This document shows positions 15,853-24,240 of a stretch of 32,000 nt of DNA, piece by piece. The notes under the pieces were generated by a model. That model was not told the origin of the DNA. It was given only the letters and a program-made list of their open reading frames with translations, and searched no databases. Source of the stretch: Geobacter sulfurreducens PCA (GTDB taxonomy: Bacteria > Desulfobacterota > Desulfuromonadia > Geobacterales > Geobacteraceae); assembly GCF_000007985.2 (NCBI RefSeq), contig NC_002939.5, positions 420,001-452,000 of the forward strand, in the 5' to 3' direction. A program made the translations under genes and the position numbers. The stretch's first letter is position 1; every line of letters begins with the position of its first letter.

Positions 15853-16962
15853 ATGGAAGGTTTCGGCACACTCACCGATGTTGTCAACAATTCGTTCCGG
15901 CAAGCCGCCGAAGACAGCGGCATGCTGCTCGGTCAGGAACTCGTCATCGGCGAGGCCGACCGCATTGCCACCAACCGGCAGACGTACTTCTGCGACATGG
16001 ATGACGTCTGTTTTGTGGCCGAGGTGACGGCTAGCGGGGACTATGCGGGCAAGTTTCACGTAGTATTCGGCCTCCGCGATGCGATCTGCATGAGCGGTTT
16101 CCTGCTCGGCATTCCCACGGCGCGGATCAATGAAAAGCGCCGGCTCGCCATCATGGAAAACGACGATGTGGATGCCTTTTCCGAGATCGTCAACCAGGTG
16201 GTGGGCTCGTTCAACTCGGTGTTCCAGCCTTCCTTCGGCAACAAGGTTCACCTGAAGGTCGTCCCTCCGAAGAAATTCATTCCCGAAAGTACCGAGCTGA
16301 CCGAAACCGAGCCGGTTCCCGACGGCGAGTACCTCCTCTTCCGCGGCCGCATGGAACTGAGCGGCATGGAGATGGGGAATCTCGACGTTCTCATCCCCAT
16401 GGATCTGGCGTTGCTGTTCGATCCTCCCGCGGAGGAGCCCGAGCCGCCGGTTGAAGAAATCGTGGCTGAGGCTGTTGACGCACCTGATGATGCCGAGGAA
16501 GTCGAGGCCGGAGCCGAGACCGAGGCCGATGGCGAGGCGGCGCAGGAACCTGCGGCCGCCGCAGCCGGCGCGCCTCGGCCGGTGGATGAAAACTGCCGGC
16601 GGGTCCTCATCCTGGAGGACGATGAGTCGGACCGTCAGCGCATCCGCGAACTACTGGAGGAAAAGGGGTACGAGCCAGTGGAGGCGGGTCTTGATGCGGA
16701 TATCCGGGAGATATTCTCCCAAGGGGGGGTGCGGCTCGTTGTCTTGGGCATCCACAACGGCGACGACCGGGACATGGCTGTTTGCATCAAGATCAAGGCG
16801 ATTGCCCAGGGCGATACCCTCCCCATCATTATGTGCGCCAGGGAGTGGACGCGCTCCGCAGTCCTCAAGGCGGTCAAGTACGGCGCCCGTGACATTATCG
16901 TGAAGCCCTACCAGTCCGACGAGGTGGTGGCCAAGGTGGCAAAGTTTCTGAAAGCCGCCTGA
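15853..16962 (+). CDS. CheC/CheX-like domain, acidic linker, and receiver-like domain lacking the phospho-acceptor Asp
   Basis: 369 aa. Residues ~1-190 parallel CheX, including D-x3-E-x2-N (DAFSEIVN, residues 107-114). Residues ~190-245 are a Glu/Ala/Pro-rich linker. Residues ~249-369 are REC-like with EDD and KP retained, but LVVLGIHNGDD has Gly (codon 16747-16749) where the phospho-Asp should be. Confidence 0.75.
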   Translation: MEGFGTLTDVVNNSFRQAAEDSGMLLGQELVIGEADRIATNRQTYFCDMDDVCFVAEVTASGDYAGKFHVVFGLRDAICMSGFLLGIPTARINEKRRLAIMENDDVDAFSEIVNQVVGSFNSVFQPSFGNKVHLKVVPPKKFIPESTELTETEPVPDGEYLLFRGRMELSGMEMGNLDVLIPMDLALLFDPPAEEPEPPVEEIVAEAVDAPDDAEEVEAGAETEADGEAAQEPAAAAAGAPRPVDENCRRVLILEDDESDRQRIRELLEEKGYEPVEAGLDADIREIFSQGGVRLVVLGIHNGDDRDMAVCIKIKAIAQGDTLPIIMCAREWTRSAVLKAVKYGARDIIVKPYQSDEVVAKVAKFLKAA

Positions 16963-17078
16963 CGTACTTCTTGTTTGTGTCAAAATTGTGACCCGTTGTC
17001 ACCCTCCCTTTGACGCTTGCCCCCCCGCTGCCCCATTCGAATTCCCCTTGTTCGCCCTGTTGCATGGATCCACTGTTA

Positions 17079-17094
17079 CGGCACGGCTTTTGCC
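17079..17094 (+). promoter_or_regulatory. Sigma-54-type promoter upstream of the TPR protein gene
   Basis: CGGCAC-GGCTT-TTGCC has GG-N10-GC spacing. It shares ACGGCTTTTGC with the flgB promoter. About 72 nt upstream of the ATG at 17166. Confidence 0.6.
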
Positions 17095-17165
17095 TTGATA
17101 TGTCCGGGGAAATCTATCCCGTCATCCGGCTCCCCTGTTCCGGGGCCGCAAAAGGTGTCCATGTC

Positions 17166-19256
17166 ATGATTCGTTTCATCGTCAAGCTGCTGCTCTGTGC
17201 ACTGGTCCTGCTGCCGCTGCCCGCGTTTGCCACGTCCGGCGCCGATACCGGCCCGGACAACCGTCTGCTGCGTATGGGGGTGCGCGCCCACGGGGGATTT
17301 ACCCGGCTTTCCATGGCGTTCGAGCGCGACATTGCCCCTGTCCTGCACCAGCTCTCGGGCAACAGGGTTCGGCTGGTTTTCAGCAACACGGTCGGCGGCC
17401 GCTGGAAGAAGCTGCGGAGCTACCGCGACGCGCATGTGGAGGGGGTAGTCGTGGCGCCGCGCGGTAATGACCTTATGGTAACGGTAACGATCAAGGGGGA
17501 CCCTCGGGGCGTACGCGTCTCAACTTCGCCCGGCGCTGGCGTTGTTTCTCTCGATGTGGGAGCGTCGCTCGCCCCCCGCCGCTCGCCTCCTCTTGCCCAG
17601 GGGCGTGAGGGGATCAAGGTCGGGGTCGAGCAGCTCATCACCACGTTCGATCCGCCGTTTAAGTCTGAGATCCCCTTTACCCCCACTGACCGGCGGGTGC
17701 TCGAAGCAATGGTCCCTCCCGCCGAGGCCGCTCTGATCATGGACGGCGAGGCTGCCCTCTATGAAGGCAACGGCAGCGAGGCCGCCGAGATCTTCGCCGG
17801 GATAGGCACCAACTCTCCCGGCCGCCCCCTGGCCCTTTACCGGCTGGGGGAGGCCAACTACCTTCTCCAGAAGTACGGGGATGCTCTTCGCTTTTTCCGC
17901 GAGGCGGAGCGCCAGTGGCCCGTCTTCCTCACCCGGTCGCCGTCCACGGCCTTCTGCTATGCCGACAGCGTGGCCCGTAGCGGGGATCTGGCGGGCGGTC
18001 GCCGGCTGCTCGGATCGCTCATCGCCGGCTTGGCCGATAAAAAGTACGCGCCTGCGCTCCTGGTGCGCATGGCCGATATCCTGGCGCGACAGGGGAAGGA
18101 CCAAGAGGCGCTGGCCATCTACCGCAACGTTGCCGACAATTTTACCGGCAGCAAAGGGAGCTGGCAGGCCCGGATGAAGCTCGCCGACCGCCGGCTGCTT
18201 GCCTTGGAGCCCGCAGCTTACAGTTCGCTGGTGAAGGATTACCTGGAGATCTATGAGCGGGGTACGGATTTCGGCCTGCGCGAGCAGGGATTATTCAAGG
18301 CGGCTCTGCTGCTCTCCCTGTATGGTGATGCCGATCAGGCCTTTGCCCGGGTGGCTGAATACGAGAAAAAATTTCCGCGCGGGATGTATGTCAGCATTGC
18401 CAAGGGGATGCGTGAGGAACTCCTGGTGCCGGTCTACCGCCGGATCACCCGCGCCGGTGACAACGAAGCCCTTGTGAAGCTCGCCCTGGAGAACCGGGAC
18501 TATCTCGGCCGCGTCCTGGCCGAGGACGACTTCATCAAAAACCTGTCCGCCGCTTTCGCCGATCTGGGAAGGATCAAGGAGGAGGTCGGCCTGTACGCGA
18601 ATCTCGCCATCCGCGAGCAAAACCGGGTGTACGCCCCCGAGCTCTATCGCAGGATTCTCCACGATGCCGAGCAGCTGGGAGACCCGACCCTCATGGAGAA
18701 GGCCGCGGGTGAATTTGTGGAGCGGTTCCCGGCCCATCCCTGGGTACAGCGGTTCCGTGAGGAGCTTGCTGCGGTCGAGTATAACCGGGGAGACTTCCAG
18801 CGGGTGGTGGGCCGGCTGTCGGGGATGCTGGCGTCGGGAACACGGCCCGAGTATGCCGAGAGCCTGTACTATCTGGGCAAGTCTCTGGACGCCTCCGGCA
18901 ACCGGCGCGATGCCGAGCGGGCCATGCTCCTCTTTCTGGCCGAGCTCCGGCGCCGCGAAATGTCTTCGCCGCTGGCCGCCGATGCAAGCTACGTGGCTGC
19001 AACCGCTCGACTGTCGCGGGGTGACCGTAAGGGAGCCAAGGAAATACTGCGGGCCGCCGGTGAGGCTTCTCCCGAAGAGCGGGATCCATTCCTCTACAAA
19101 CTGGGCGAGATCGCCCGCTCCGAAGGGCGTTACGAGGAGGCTGCCCACTATCTCAGGACAGTGGTCAAGGAGGGAAAAGACCCTGATTGGCGGGATATGG
19201 CATCGCGCCTCCTTGCCGATATGGAGTTGACGGGAATGGTCCGCAAGTCAAAATGA
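17166..19256 (+). CDS. Secreted protein with an N-terminal beta (AMIN-like?) domain and a long TPR/helical-repeat region
   Basis: ORF 17010-19256 trimmed to the ATG at 17166, giving the signal peptide MIRFIVKLLLCALVLLPLPAFATSG. Residues ~35-140 look like a beta-rich AMIN-type module (TRLSMAFERD..RVRLVF..LMVTVTIK..VVSLDV). The rest consists of TPR-like Ala/Leu/Tyr-rich helical repeats. Confidence 0.75.
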   Translation: MIRFIVKLLLCALVLLPLPAFATSGADTGPDNRLLRMGVRAHGGFTRLSMAFERDIAPVLHQLSGNRVRLVFSNTVGGRWKKLRSYRDAHVEGVVVAPRGNDLMVTVTIKGDPRGVRVSTSPGAGVVSLDVGASLAPRRSPPLAQGREGIKVGVEQLITTFDPPFKSEIPFTPTDRRVLEAMVPPAEAALIMDGEAALYEGNGSEAAEIFAGIGTNSPGRPLALYRLGEANYLLQKYGDALRFFREAERQWPVFLTRSPSTAFCYADSVARSGDLAGGRRLLGSLIAGLADKKYAPALLVRMADILARQGKDQEALAIYRNVADNFTGSKGSWQARMKLADRRLLALEPAAYSSLVKDYLEIYERGTDFGLREQGLFKAALLLSLYGDADQAFARVAEYEKKFPRGMYVSIAKGMREELLVPVYRRITRAGDNEALVKLALENRDYLGRVLAEDDFIKNLSAAFADLGRIKEEVGLYANLAIREQNRVYAPELYRRILHDAEQLGDPTLMEKAAGEFVERFPAHPWVQRFREELAAVEYNRGDFQRVVGRLSGMLASGTRPEYAESLYYLGKSLDASGNRRDAERAMLLFLAELRRREMSSPLAADASYVAATARLSRGDRKGAKEILRAAGEASPEERDPFLYKLGEIARSEGRYEEAAHYLRTVVKEGKDPDWRDMASRLLADMELTGMVRKSK

Positions 19257-19282
19257 TGACCTGGATTTCAGGGGGGCCGGAT

Positions 19283-19319
19283 AAGAAAGAGGGAACACGG
19301 ACGTGCTCCCTCTTTCTTT
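19283..19319 (+). terminator. Rho-independent terminator after the TPR gene
   Basis: AAGAAAGAGGGAACACG / CGTGCTCCCTCTTTCTT forms a ~17-bp stem with one mismatch. The T-rich tail is embedded in the 3' arm (CTCTTTCTTTG). Confidence 0.75.
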
Positions 19320-19439
19320 GGGCATGAAGATGAGAGAATGACGCCGGTCTGACCGCTTGTGGTTCAAACTTTTGACGTGAGTGGTGGGGGAACGTGCCGT
19401 TTGTCCCTGATTACGGGATGGTAGGCGGTCTGGAAAAGC

Positions 19440-19455
19440 TGGTACGGCTTTTGCT
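19440..19455 (+). promoter_or_regulatory. Sigma-54-type promoter of the flgB operon
   Basis: TGGTAC-GGCTT-TTGCT has correct GG-N10-GC spacing. The -12 element ends 35 nt upstream of the flgB ATG. Confidence 0.65.
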
Positions 19456-19489
19456 CTATCCGCAATGCGGGAGACAAAGGAGGAACGAG

Positions 19490-19909
19490 ATGCCTGTCGA
19501 CTCTATGTTCGGAACGACCATAAACGTCCTGGCCAAGGCGGTTGACCTGAGGGCCAGGAACCATACCATGATCTCTGCCAACCTGGCCAATGCCGAGACC
19601 CCAAACTACACGCCCAAGGCCCTTTCCTTCGAGAAGGAACTGGGCGCTGCCCTCAAGGGCAACAAAACGGGGAGTCCCGCGACGACTCATCCCCGACACA
19701 TTCCCCTGAAGGGGCAGGCCGCCTCCGTTCAGAGCGTCGAGGGAACGGTCATCGAGACTCCGGCCCCGACACCCGGTCGGGACAACAACGGGGTGGAGCT
19801 TGAGGCCGAGATGAGTCGCATGGCCGAGAACCAGATCATGTACAATGCCTCGATCCAGATCCTGACCAAGAAGTTCGAAGGCATGAAATACGCCATCAAA
19901 GGACAGTAG
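19490..19909 (+). CDS. flgB: Flagellar basal-body rod protein FlgB
   Basis: ORF 19394-19909 trimmed to the ATG at 19490, after AAAGGAGGA (19476-19484). The N-terminal rod motif ISANLANAETPNYTPK is present. 139 aa. Confidence 0.9.
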   Translation: MPVDSMFGTTINVLAKAVDLRARNHTMISANLANAETPNYTPKALSFEKELGAALKGNKTGSPATTHPRHIPLKGQAASVQSVEGTVIETPAPTPGRDNNGVELEAEMSRMAENQIMYNASIQILTKKFEGMKYAIKGQ

Positions 19910-19911
19910 CC

Positions 19912-20352
19912 ATGGACTTTTTCAGCGCAATGCAGGTCAGTTCTTCCGCCCTTTCCGCCGAACGGACCAGGATGAACCTCATCTCCGCTAACCTGGCCAA
20001 CGCCAACTCCACCCGTACCGCCGAGGGAGGCCCCTATAAGCGGAAAGATGCCGTGTTCGCCGCCACCCAGGTGGGCGAGGGATTCCGCTCCGCCCTCGAC
20101 CGGATGCGCAAGAATGCTCCCCAGGGGGTTCAGGTGACCGGTATCGTGGAAGATCCCAATCCGCCCCGGCTGCAGTACGACCCGAGCCATCCCGACGCCG
20201 ATGCCAAGGGATATGTGGCCCTGCCCAATGTGAACGTGGTCGAGGAAATGGCTGACATGATCGCCGCGACCCGGGCCTATGAGGCCAACGTGACCGCTAT
20301 GCAGGCGGCCAAGAACATGGCTCTGAAGACCCTGGAGATCGGCTCGCGGTAG
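19912..20352 (+). CDS. flgC: Flagellar basal-body rod protein FlgC
   Basis: 146 aa. It has SAERTRMNLISANLANANSTRT and the C-terminal MVEEMADMIAATRAYEANV motif. Confidence 0.92.
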   Translation: MDFFSAMQVSSSALSAERTRMNLISANLANANSTRTAEGGPYKRKDAVFAATQVGEGFRSALDRMRKNAPQGVQVTGIVEDPNPPRLQYDPSHPDADAKGYVALPNVNVVEEMADMIAATRAYEANVTAMQAAKNMALKTLEIGSR

Positions 20353-20457
20353 GTCGCGTTCTTTTTTTGACGCAAAAAAGGGGCTCGACACAGCCCCCCA
20401 TATGAGAACGTGTCGGCAAAAGTCGACGAAACTTTAAGATTTTTTCAGGAGGACCAC

Positions 20458-20760
20458 GTGATAGACGGAATCGAGAGCGGATTAGGAATAGCCCAGGCCT
20501 TCCCTTCGGTCACCGGCGAGGCGAAACCCGGCAACCTGGCCGCAGATGGTGGCAAATTCTTCGGTGAACTGGTTTCCAAGGTAAGCGAGCTCCAGGCCCA
20601 GTCGGACACCGCCATCAAGGGACTCGTATCCGGCGAATCCAAGGGGCTTCACGAGGTGATGATCGCCATGGAAAAGTCGTCCATCTCGTTCCAGTTCCTG
20701 AGCCAGGTGCGGAACAAGGCGGTCGAGGCCTACCAGGAAGTCATGCGGATGCAGGTCTAG
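20458..20760 (+). CDS. fliE: Flagellar hook-basal body protein FliE
   Basis: ORF 20410-20760 trimmed to the GTG at 20458, after AGGAGGA (20447-20453). 100 aa. The C-terminus LSQVRNKAVEAYQEVMRMQV is typical of FliE. Confidence 0.85.
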   Translation: MIDGIESGLGIAQAFPSVTGEAKPGNLAADGGKFFGELVSKVSELQAQSDTAIKGLVSGESKGLHEVMIAMEKSSISFQFLSQVRNKAVEAYQEVMRMQV

Positions 20761-20784
20761 CCCTGACACCCGCCGGAGTACTTC

Positions 20785-22368
20785 ATGCCTGAAGCCCTGA
20801 ACAAACTGATCCAGCCTTTCATGGCACTGCCACCGGCCAAGCGTTGGGTGGTGGGAGGCGTTGTCGGCCTGTCGGTCATCGCCTTCACCATCCTGATTCT
20901 GGTGGCGAACCGGACGGACTATCGCCCCCTCTTCACGAACCTGACGAGCGAGGATGCCGGCGAGATCGTGACCAAGCTCAAGGAGCAGAAGGTCCCCTAT
21001 CGTATCGCCGCCGACGGCAAGGCGATCCTTGTCCCCTCCGACAAGGTGTACGATCTGCGGCTTTCGTTGGCCTCCGACGGCCTGCCCCAGGGGGGAGGAG
21101 TCGGGTTCGAGATATTCGACCGGAAGAATTTCGGCATGACCGATTTCGTTCAGAAACTCAATTACCAGCGGGCTCTCCAAGGTGAATTGTCTCGCACCAT
21201 CAGCCAGATTTCAGGGGTGGAGCAGGCCCGGGTGCACCTGGTGATTCCCGAGAAGTCGCTTTTTAAGGAGGACGAAAAGCCGGCCACGGCTTCGGTGGTC
21301 CTGAAGGTGAAGGGGCAGCGCCAGCTTCGTGAAAACGACGTGCAGGGGATCGTCCACCTGGTTGCGTCCGCCATCGAGGGGATGAACCCGGAGCATGTGA
21401 CGGTTCTCGATCAGAAGGGCAAGCTCCTGTCCAAAAACACCCCCGGGGATGCAGCAGGCAAGATGACCGCCTCCATGCAGGAGGTCCAGCGGGCCTATGA
21501 ACGGAGTACCGAGGAACGCCTCCAGTCGCTGCTGGACAAAGCAGTGGGTGCCGGCAAGTCGGTGGCCCGGGTTTCGGCGGTCTTCGATTTCCGCCAAGTG
21601 GAGCGCTACGAGGAAAAATACGACCCCGAGACCGTGGTCCGCAGTGAGCAGCGGTCCGAGGAGAAGCAAGATGGCTCGACGGTCACGGGCGGGGTGCCCG
21701 GCGTGCAGACCAACCTGGGGCGCACGGCCGGCCAGCCCGCCGGAACCTCCGGCGGCGGCAGCAAGAACGACGAAACCCTCAACTATGAGGTGAGCCGCGC
21801 CACCGCCCGCACCATCGAACCGGTGGGGACCCTCTCCAAGGTTTCTGTGGCGATTCTGGTGGACGGCAAGTATGATGCTGCCGCAGCCGGCAAGGACGGG
21901 AAAGAGGCAAAACCCAAGTACACGCCCCGTTCGCCGGACGAACTCCAGAAGATCGATGCGCTGGTGAAAAGCTCGGTCGGCTTCAATGTCGAGCGGGGCG
22001 ATCAGGTGACGGTCGTCAATATACCGTTCCAGGATACGGGTGATGTCGGGGCTGGTGAGGCCGACAAATGGTGGAACGCCCCCATTTTCCTTTCCCTGCT
22101 GAAGAACGGCCTGATCGGCTTCGGCTTCCTGGCGCTCCTCCTTTTCGTGGTGCGGCCGCTCCTGAAGACCCTCAAGCCGGAAAAGAGCACGAGCTTCGAG
22201 CCGATCCCCTCGGCCGAGGATGCCCTCAACCAGATTGCAGAGATCCATCGGTTGCAGATCGGCAACCAGACCGTGAGCCAGATGGAGCTCATCAACAAGA
22301 TCAAGCAGGAACCCTATCAAGCGGCCCAGATCATTCAGAACTGGCTGCGAGACAAGGGTGAGGAATAG
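20785..22368 (+). CDS. fliF: Flagellar M-ring protein FliF
   Basis: 527 aa. N-terminal TM, then YRPLFTNLTSEDAGEIVTKLKEQKVPYRI and LPQGGGVGFEIFD motifs, and a C-terminal TM. Confidence 0.95.
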   Translation: MPEALNKLIQPFMALPPAKRWVVGGVVGLSVIAFTILILVANRTDYRPLFTNLTSEDAGEIVTKLKEQKVPYRIAADGKAILVPSDKVYDLRLSLASDGLPQGGGVGFEIFDRKNFGMTDFVQKLNYQRALQGELSRTISQISGVEQARVHLVIPEKSLFKEDEKPATASVVLKVKGQRQLRENDVQGIVHLVASAIEGMNPEHVTVLDQKGKLLSKNTPGDAAGKMTASMQEVQRAYERSTEERLQSLLDKAVGAGKSVARVSAVFDFRQVERYEEKYDPETVVRSEQRSEEKQDGSTVTGGVPGVQTNLGRTAGQPAGTSGGGSKNDETLNYEVSRATARTIEPVGTLSKVSVAILVDGKYDAAAAGKDGKEAKPKYTPRSPDELQKIDALVKSSVGFNVERGDQVTVVNIPFQDTGDVGAGEADKWWNAPIFLSLLKNGLIGFGFLALLLFVVRPLLKTLKPEKSTSFEPIPSAEDALNQIAEIHRLQIGNQTVSQMELINKIKQEPYQAAQIIQNWLRDKGEE

Positions 22369-22379
22369 GGCTCGTATCC

Positions 22380-23372
22380 ATGACAGGAACCGACAAGGCG
22401 GCCATACTGCTCCTCTACCTGGGTCCCGAAGCGACCTCAAAGGTATTCGAGCACCTGGACGACGACGAGATAAAGAAGATATCCAAGAGCATGGCCACCC
22501 TGGGCCATGTTCCGCGCAACGTCATCCAGGACGTGGTGACGGAGTACTCCTCCCTCACCAACCCCGATACGGGCATTTTCTCCCAGGGTGAAGAGTTCGT
22601 CCGCAAGATTCTCGAACAGACTCTGGGGCCTCAGAAGGCGGAGATCCTCCTTAAGGAGCTTCAGTCGTCGAGCTTCGGCGACATGGTTGACGTCCTCGCC
22701 AATCTCGACGCTAAAAGCATTGCCAACTTCCTTTCCCAGGAACATCCCCAGACCATCGCCGTCATCCTGGCCAAGCTGAGGGCCAAGCAGACCAGCGAAA
22801 TCATCTCCATGCTCCCCCAAGGGCTCCAGGCAGAGGTGGTGATGCGGATCGCCGACGTCGACCAGGTCTCGCCCGAGATCCTTGCCGACATCGACGAGGT
22901 CATCAAGCGGGAACTGACCGCCATGGGCGGTGTCCAGCGCTACAAGGTCGGCGGCGTCGAAAAGGTCGTCGACATGTTCAACCACCTGGACCGGAGCAAG
23001 GAAAAACAGATTCTCGAGAAGCTCGATACCCTCAACCCGCCTCTTGCCGAGGTCATCCGCAAGCACCTCTTCACCTTCGAGGACATCTTCAAGCTGGACG
23101 ACCGCTCTATCCAGGCGATCATGCGGGAGGTTTCCAACGACACCTTGACTCTTGCCATGAAGACCGCGCCGGACGAGATCAAGGACAAGATCTTCCGCAA
23201 CATCTCCAGTCGTGCCGCCGAGATGATCAAGGAGGACCTGGAGGTCATGGGGCCGGTCCGCCTGTCGGACGTGGAGAAGGGGCAGTCGGAGATCATCAAG
23301 ATCGTCCGCCGGATGGAGGAAGAGGGCAAGGTGGTGCTTGCAGGACGCGGAGGCGACGATGTCCTCGTCTAA
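22380..23372 (+). CDS. fliG: Flagellar motor switch protein FliG
   Basis: 330 aa. It has GTDKAAILLLYLGPEATSKVF, and the C-terminal torque-helix region RAAEMIKEDLE..V. Confidence 0.95.
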   Translation: MTGTDKAAILLLYLGPEATSKVFEHLDDDEIKKISKSMATLGHVPRNVIQDVVTEYSSLTNPDTGIFSQGEEFVRKILEQTLGPQKAEILLKELQSSSFGDMVDVLANLDAKSIANFLSQEHPQTIAVILAKLRAKQTSEIISMLPQGLQAEVVMRIADVDQVSPEILADIDEVIKRELTAMGGVQRYKVGGVEKVVDMFNHLDRSKEKQILEKLDTLNPPLAEVIRKHLFTFEDIFKLDDRSIQAIMREVSNDTLTLAMKTAPDEIKDKIFRNISSRAAEMIKEDLEVMGPVRLSDVEKGQSEIIKIVRRMEEEGKVVLAGRGGDDVLV

Positions 23373-24240
23373 GGCCTCCCGCATCATCAAGGTTGACCAG
23401 TCGCCGAACCAGGCCATCCGCAGCTACAGCTTCGGCTTCATTGCCGCGGATGCGCCCCAGGAGCTGCCGCCGGAAGCAGACGGCTTCGTCCCCTTTGCCC
23501 TGGGTACGCCGGTACCACTGCCCGGGCTTCAGTCGGCGGAGGAACCCGATCCGGATCCGGTCGTCCCGTTCAATCTCGAGGGGAAGGTGGTGCTGGCCGA
23601 GGACGAACTCCAAGCGCGGGTGGACGAGGTCTTCCGCAACGGCATGGACGAAGGGCGCCGCCAGGCGGAACGGGGACTCGCCAATGTCTTCAAGTCCCTG
23701 CGGGACGGTGTCGCCGCCCTGACCGGGCTGCGCAGCCGCGTCATGAAGGAGAGCGAGGAGGATCTGCTGCGGCTCGCGGTGATGATTGCCCGCAAGATCG
23801 TCCAGCGGGAGGTGGCCCAGGACCCCCAGGTTCTGGCGGCCATTGTTGCCGCGGCGGTGGGGGGATGCACCGAGCGGGACCGGGTGGTGGTCCGCCTGAA
23901 CCCCGATGATTACACTCAGGTCTCGGCCAATCGCCAGGCATTCCTCGCGGGGCTCGGCGAGGAGTCGGCCATAACCCTCGCCCCCGATGAATCCATCGGC
24001 CCGGGGGGATGTCTGGTGGAGACCGCCACCGGCACGGTGGATGCCCGGATCGAGGCACAGCTGGACGAAATCTATCGCTCGCTGCTGGAGGAGCGCAGCG
24101 CTCCCGTGGAGCCGTCAGCTTCGCCGGATACCGATTCCCGCGCCGATCTCGCCTTTGGCGGCGAGGAGACCATCGCTCCCTTCAAGGGGCAGGGCGCCTG
24201 GGTCAAGGGAAGCGAAGAGAAACCGCGCGACGATGTCTAG
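23359..24240 (+). CDS. fliH: Flagellar export apparatus protein FliH
   Basis: ORF 23338-24240 trimmed to the ATG at 23359, after GGAGG (23349-23353). It overlaps the fliG stop. The central coiled coil and GCLVETATGTVDARIEAQLDEI are typical of FliH. Both termini are longer than in the FliH proteins I remember. Confidence 0.85.
   Translation: MSSSKASRIIKVDQSPNQAIRSYSFGFIAADAPQELPPEADGFVPFALGTPVPLPGLQSAEEPDPDPVVPFNLEGKVVLAEDELQARVDEVFRNGMDEGRRQAERGLANVFKSLRDGVAALTGLRSRVMKESEEDLLRLAVMIARKIVQREVAQDPQVLAAIVAAAVGGCTERDRVVVRLNPDDYTQVSANRQAFLAGLGEESAITLAPDESIGPGGCLVETATGTVDARIEAQLDEIYRSLLEERSAPVEPSASPDTDSRADLAFGGEETIAPFKGQGAWVKGSEEKPRDDV

Noticed and set aside
14644-16251. 535-aa minus-strand ORF spanning the hemerythrin 3' end, cheY, cheX and part of the next gene.
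   Set aside because: It crosses three well-supported + strand genes and two intergenic regions. The composition is low-complexity, and there is no RBS or motif support.
21211-23417. Long minus-strand ORFs (21211-22440, 409 aa; 22437-23417, 326 aa) antisense to fliF and fliG.
   Set aside because: Same reasoning: they are antisense shadows of unmistakable flagellar genes.
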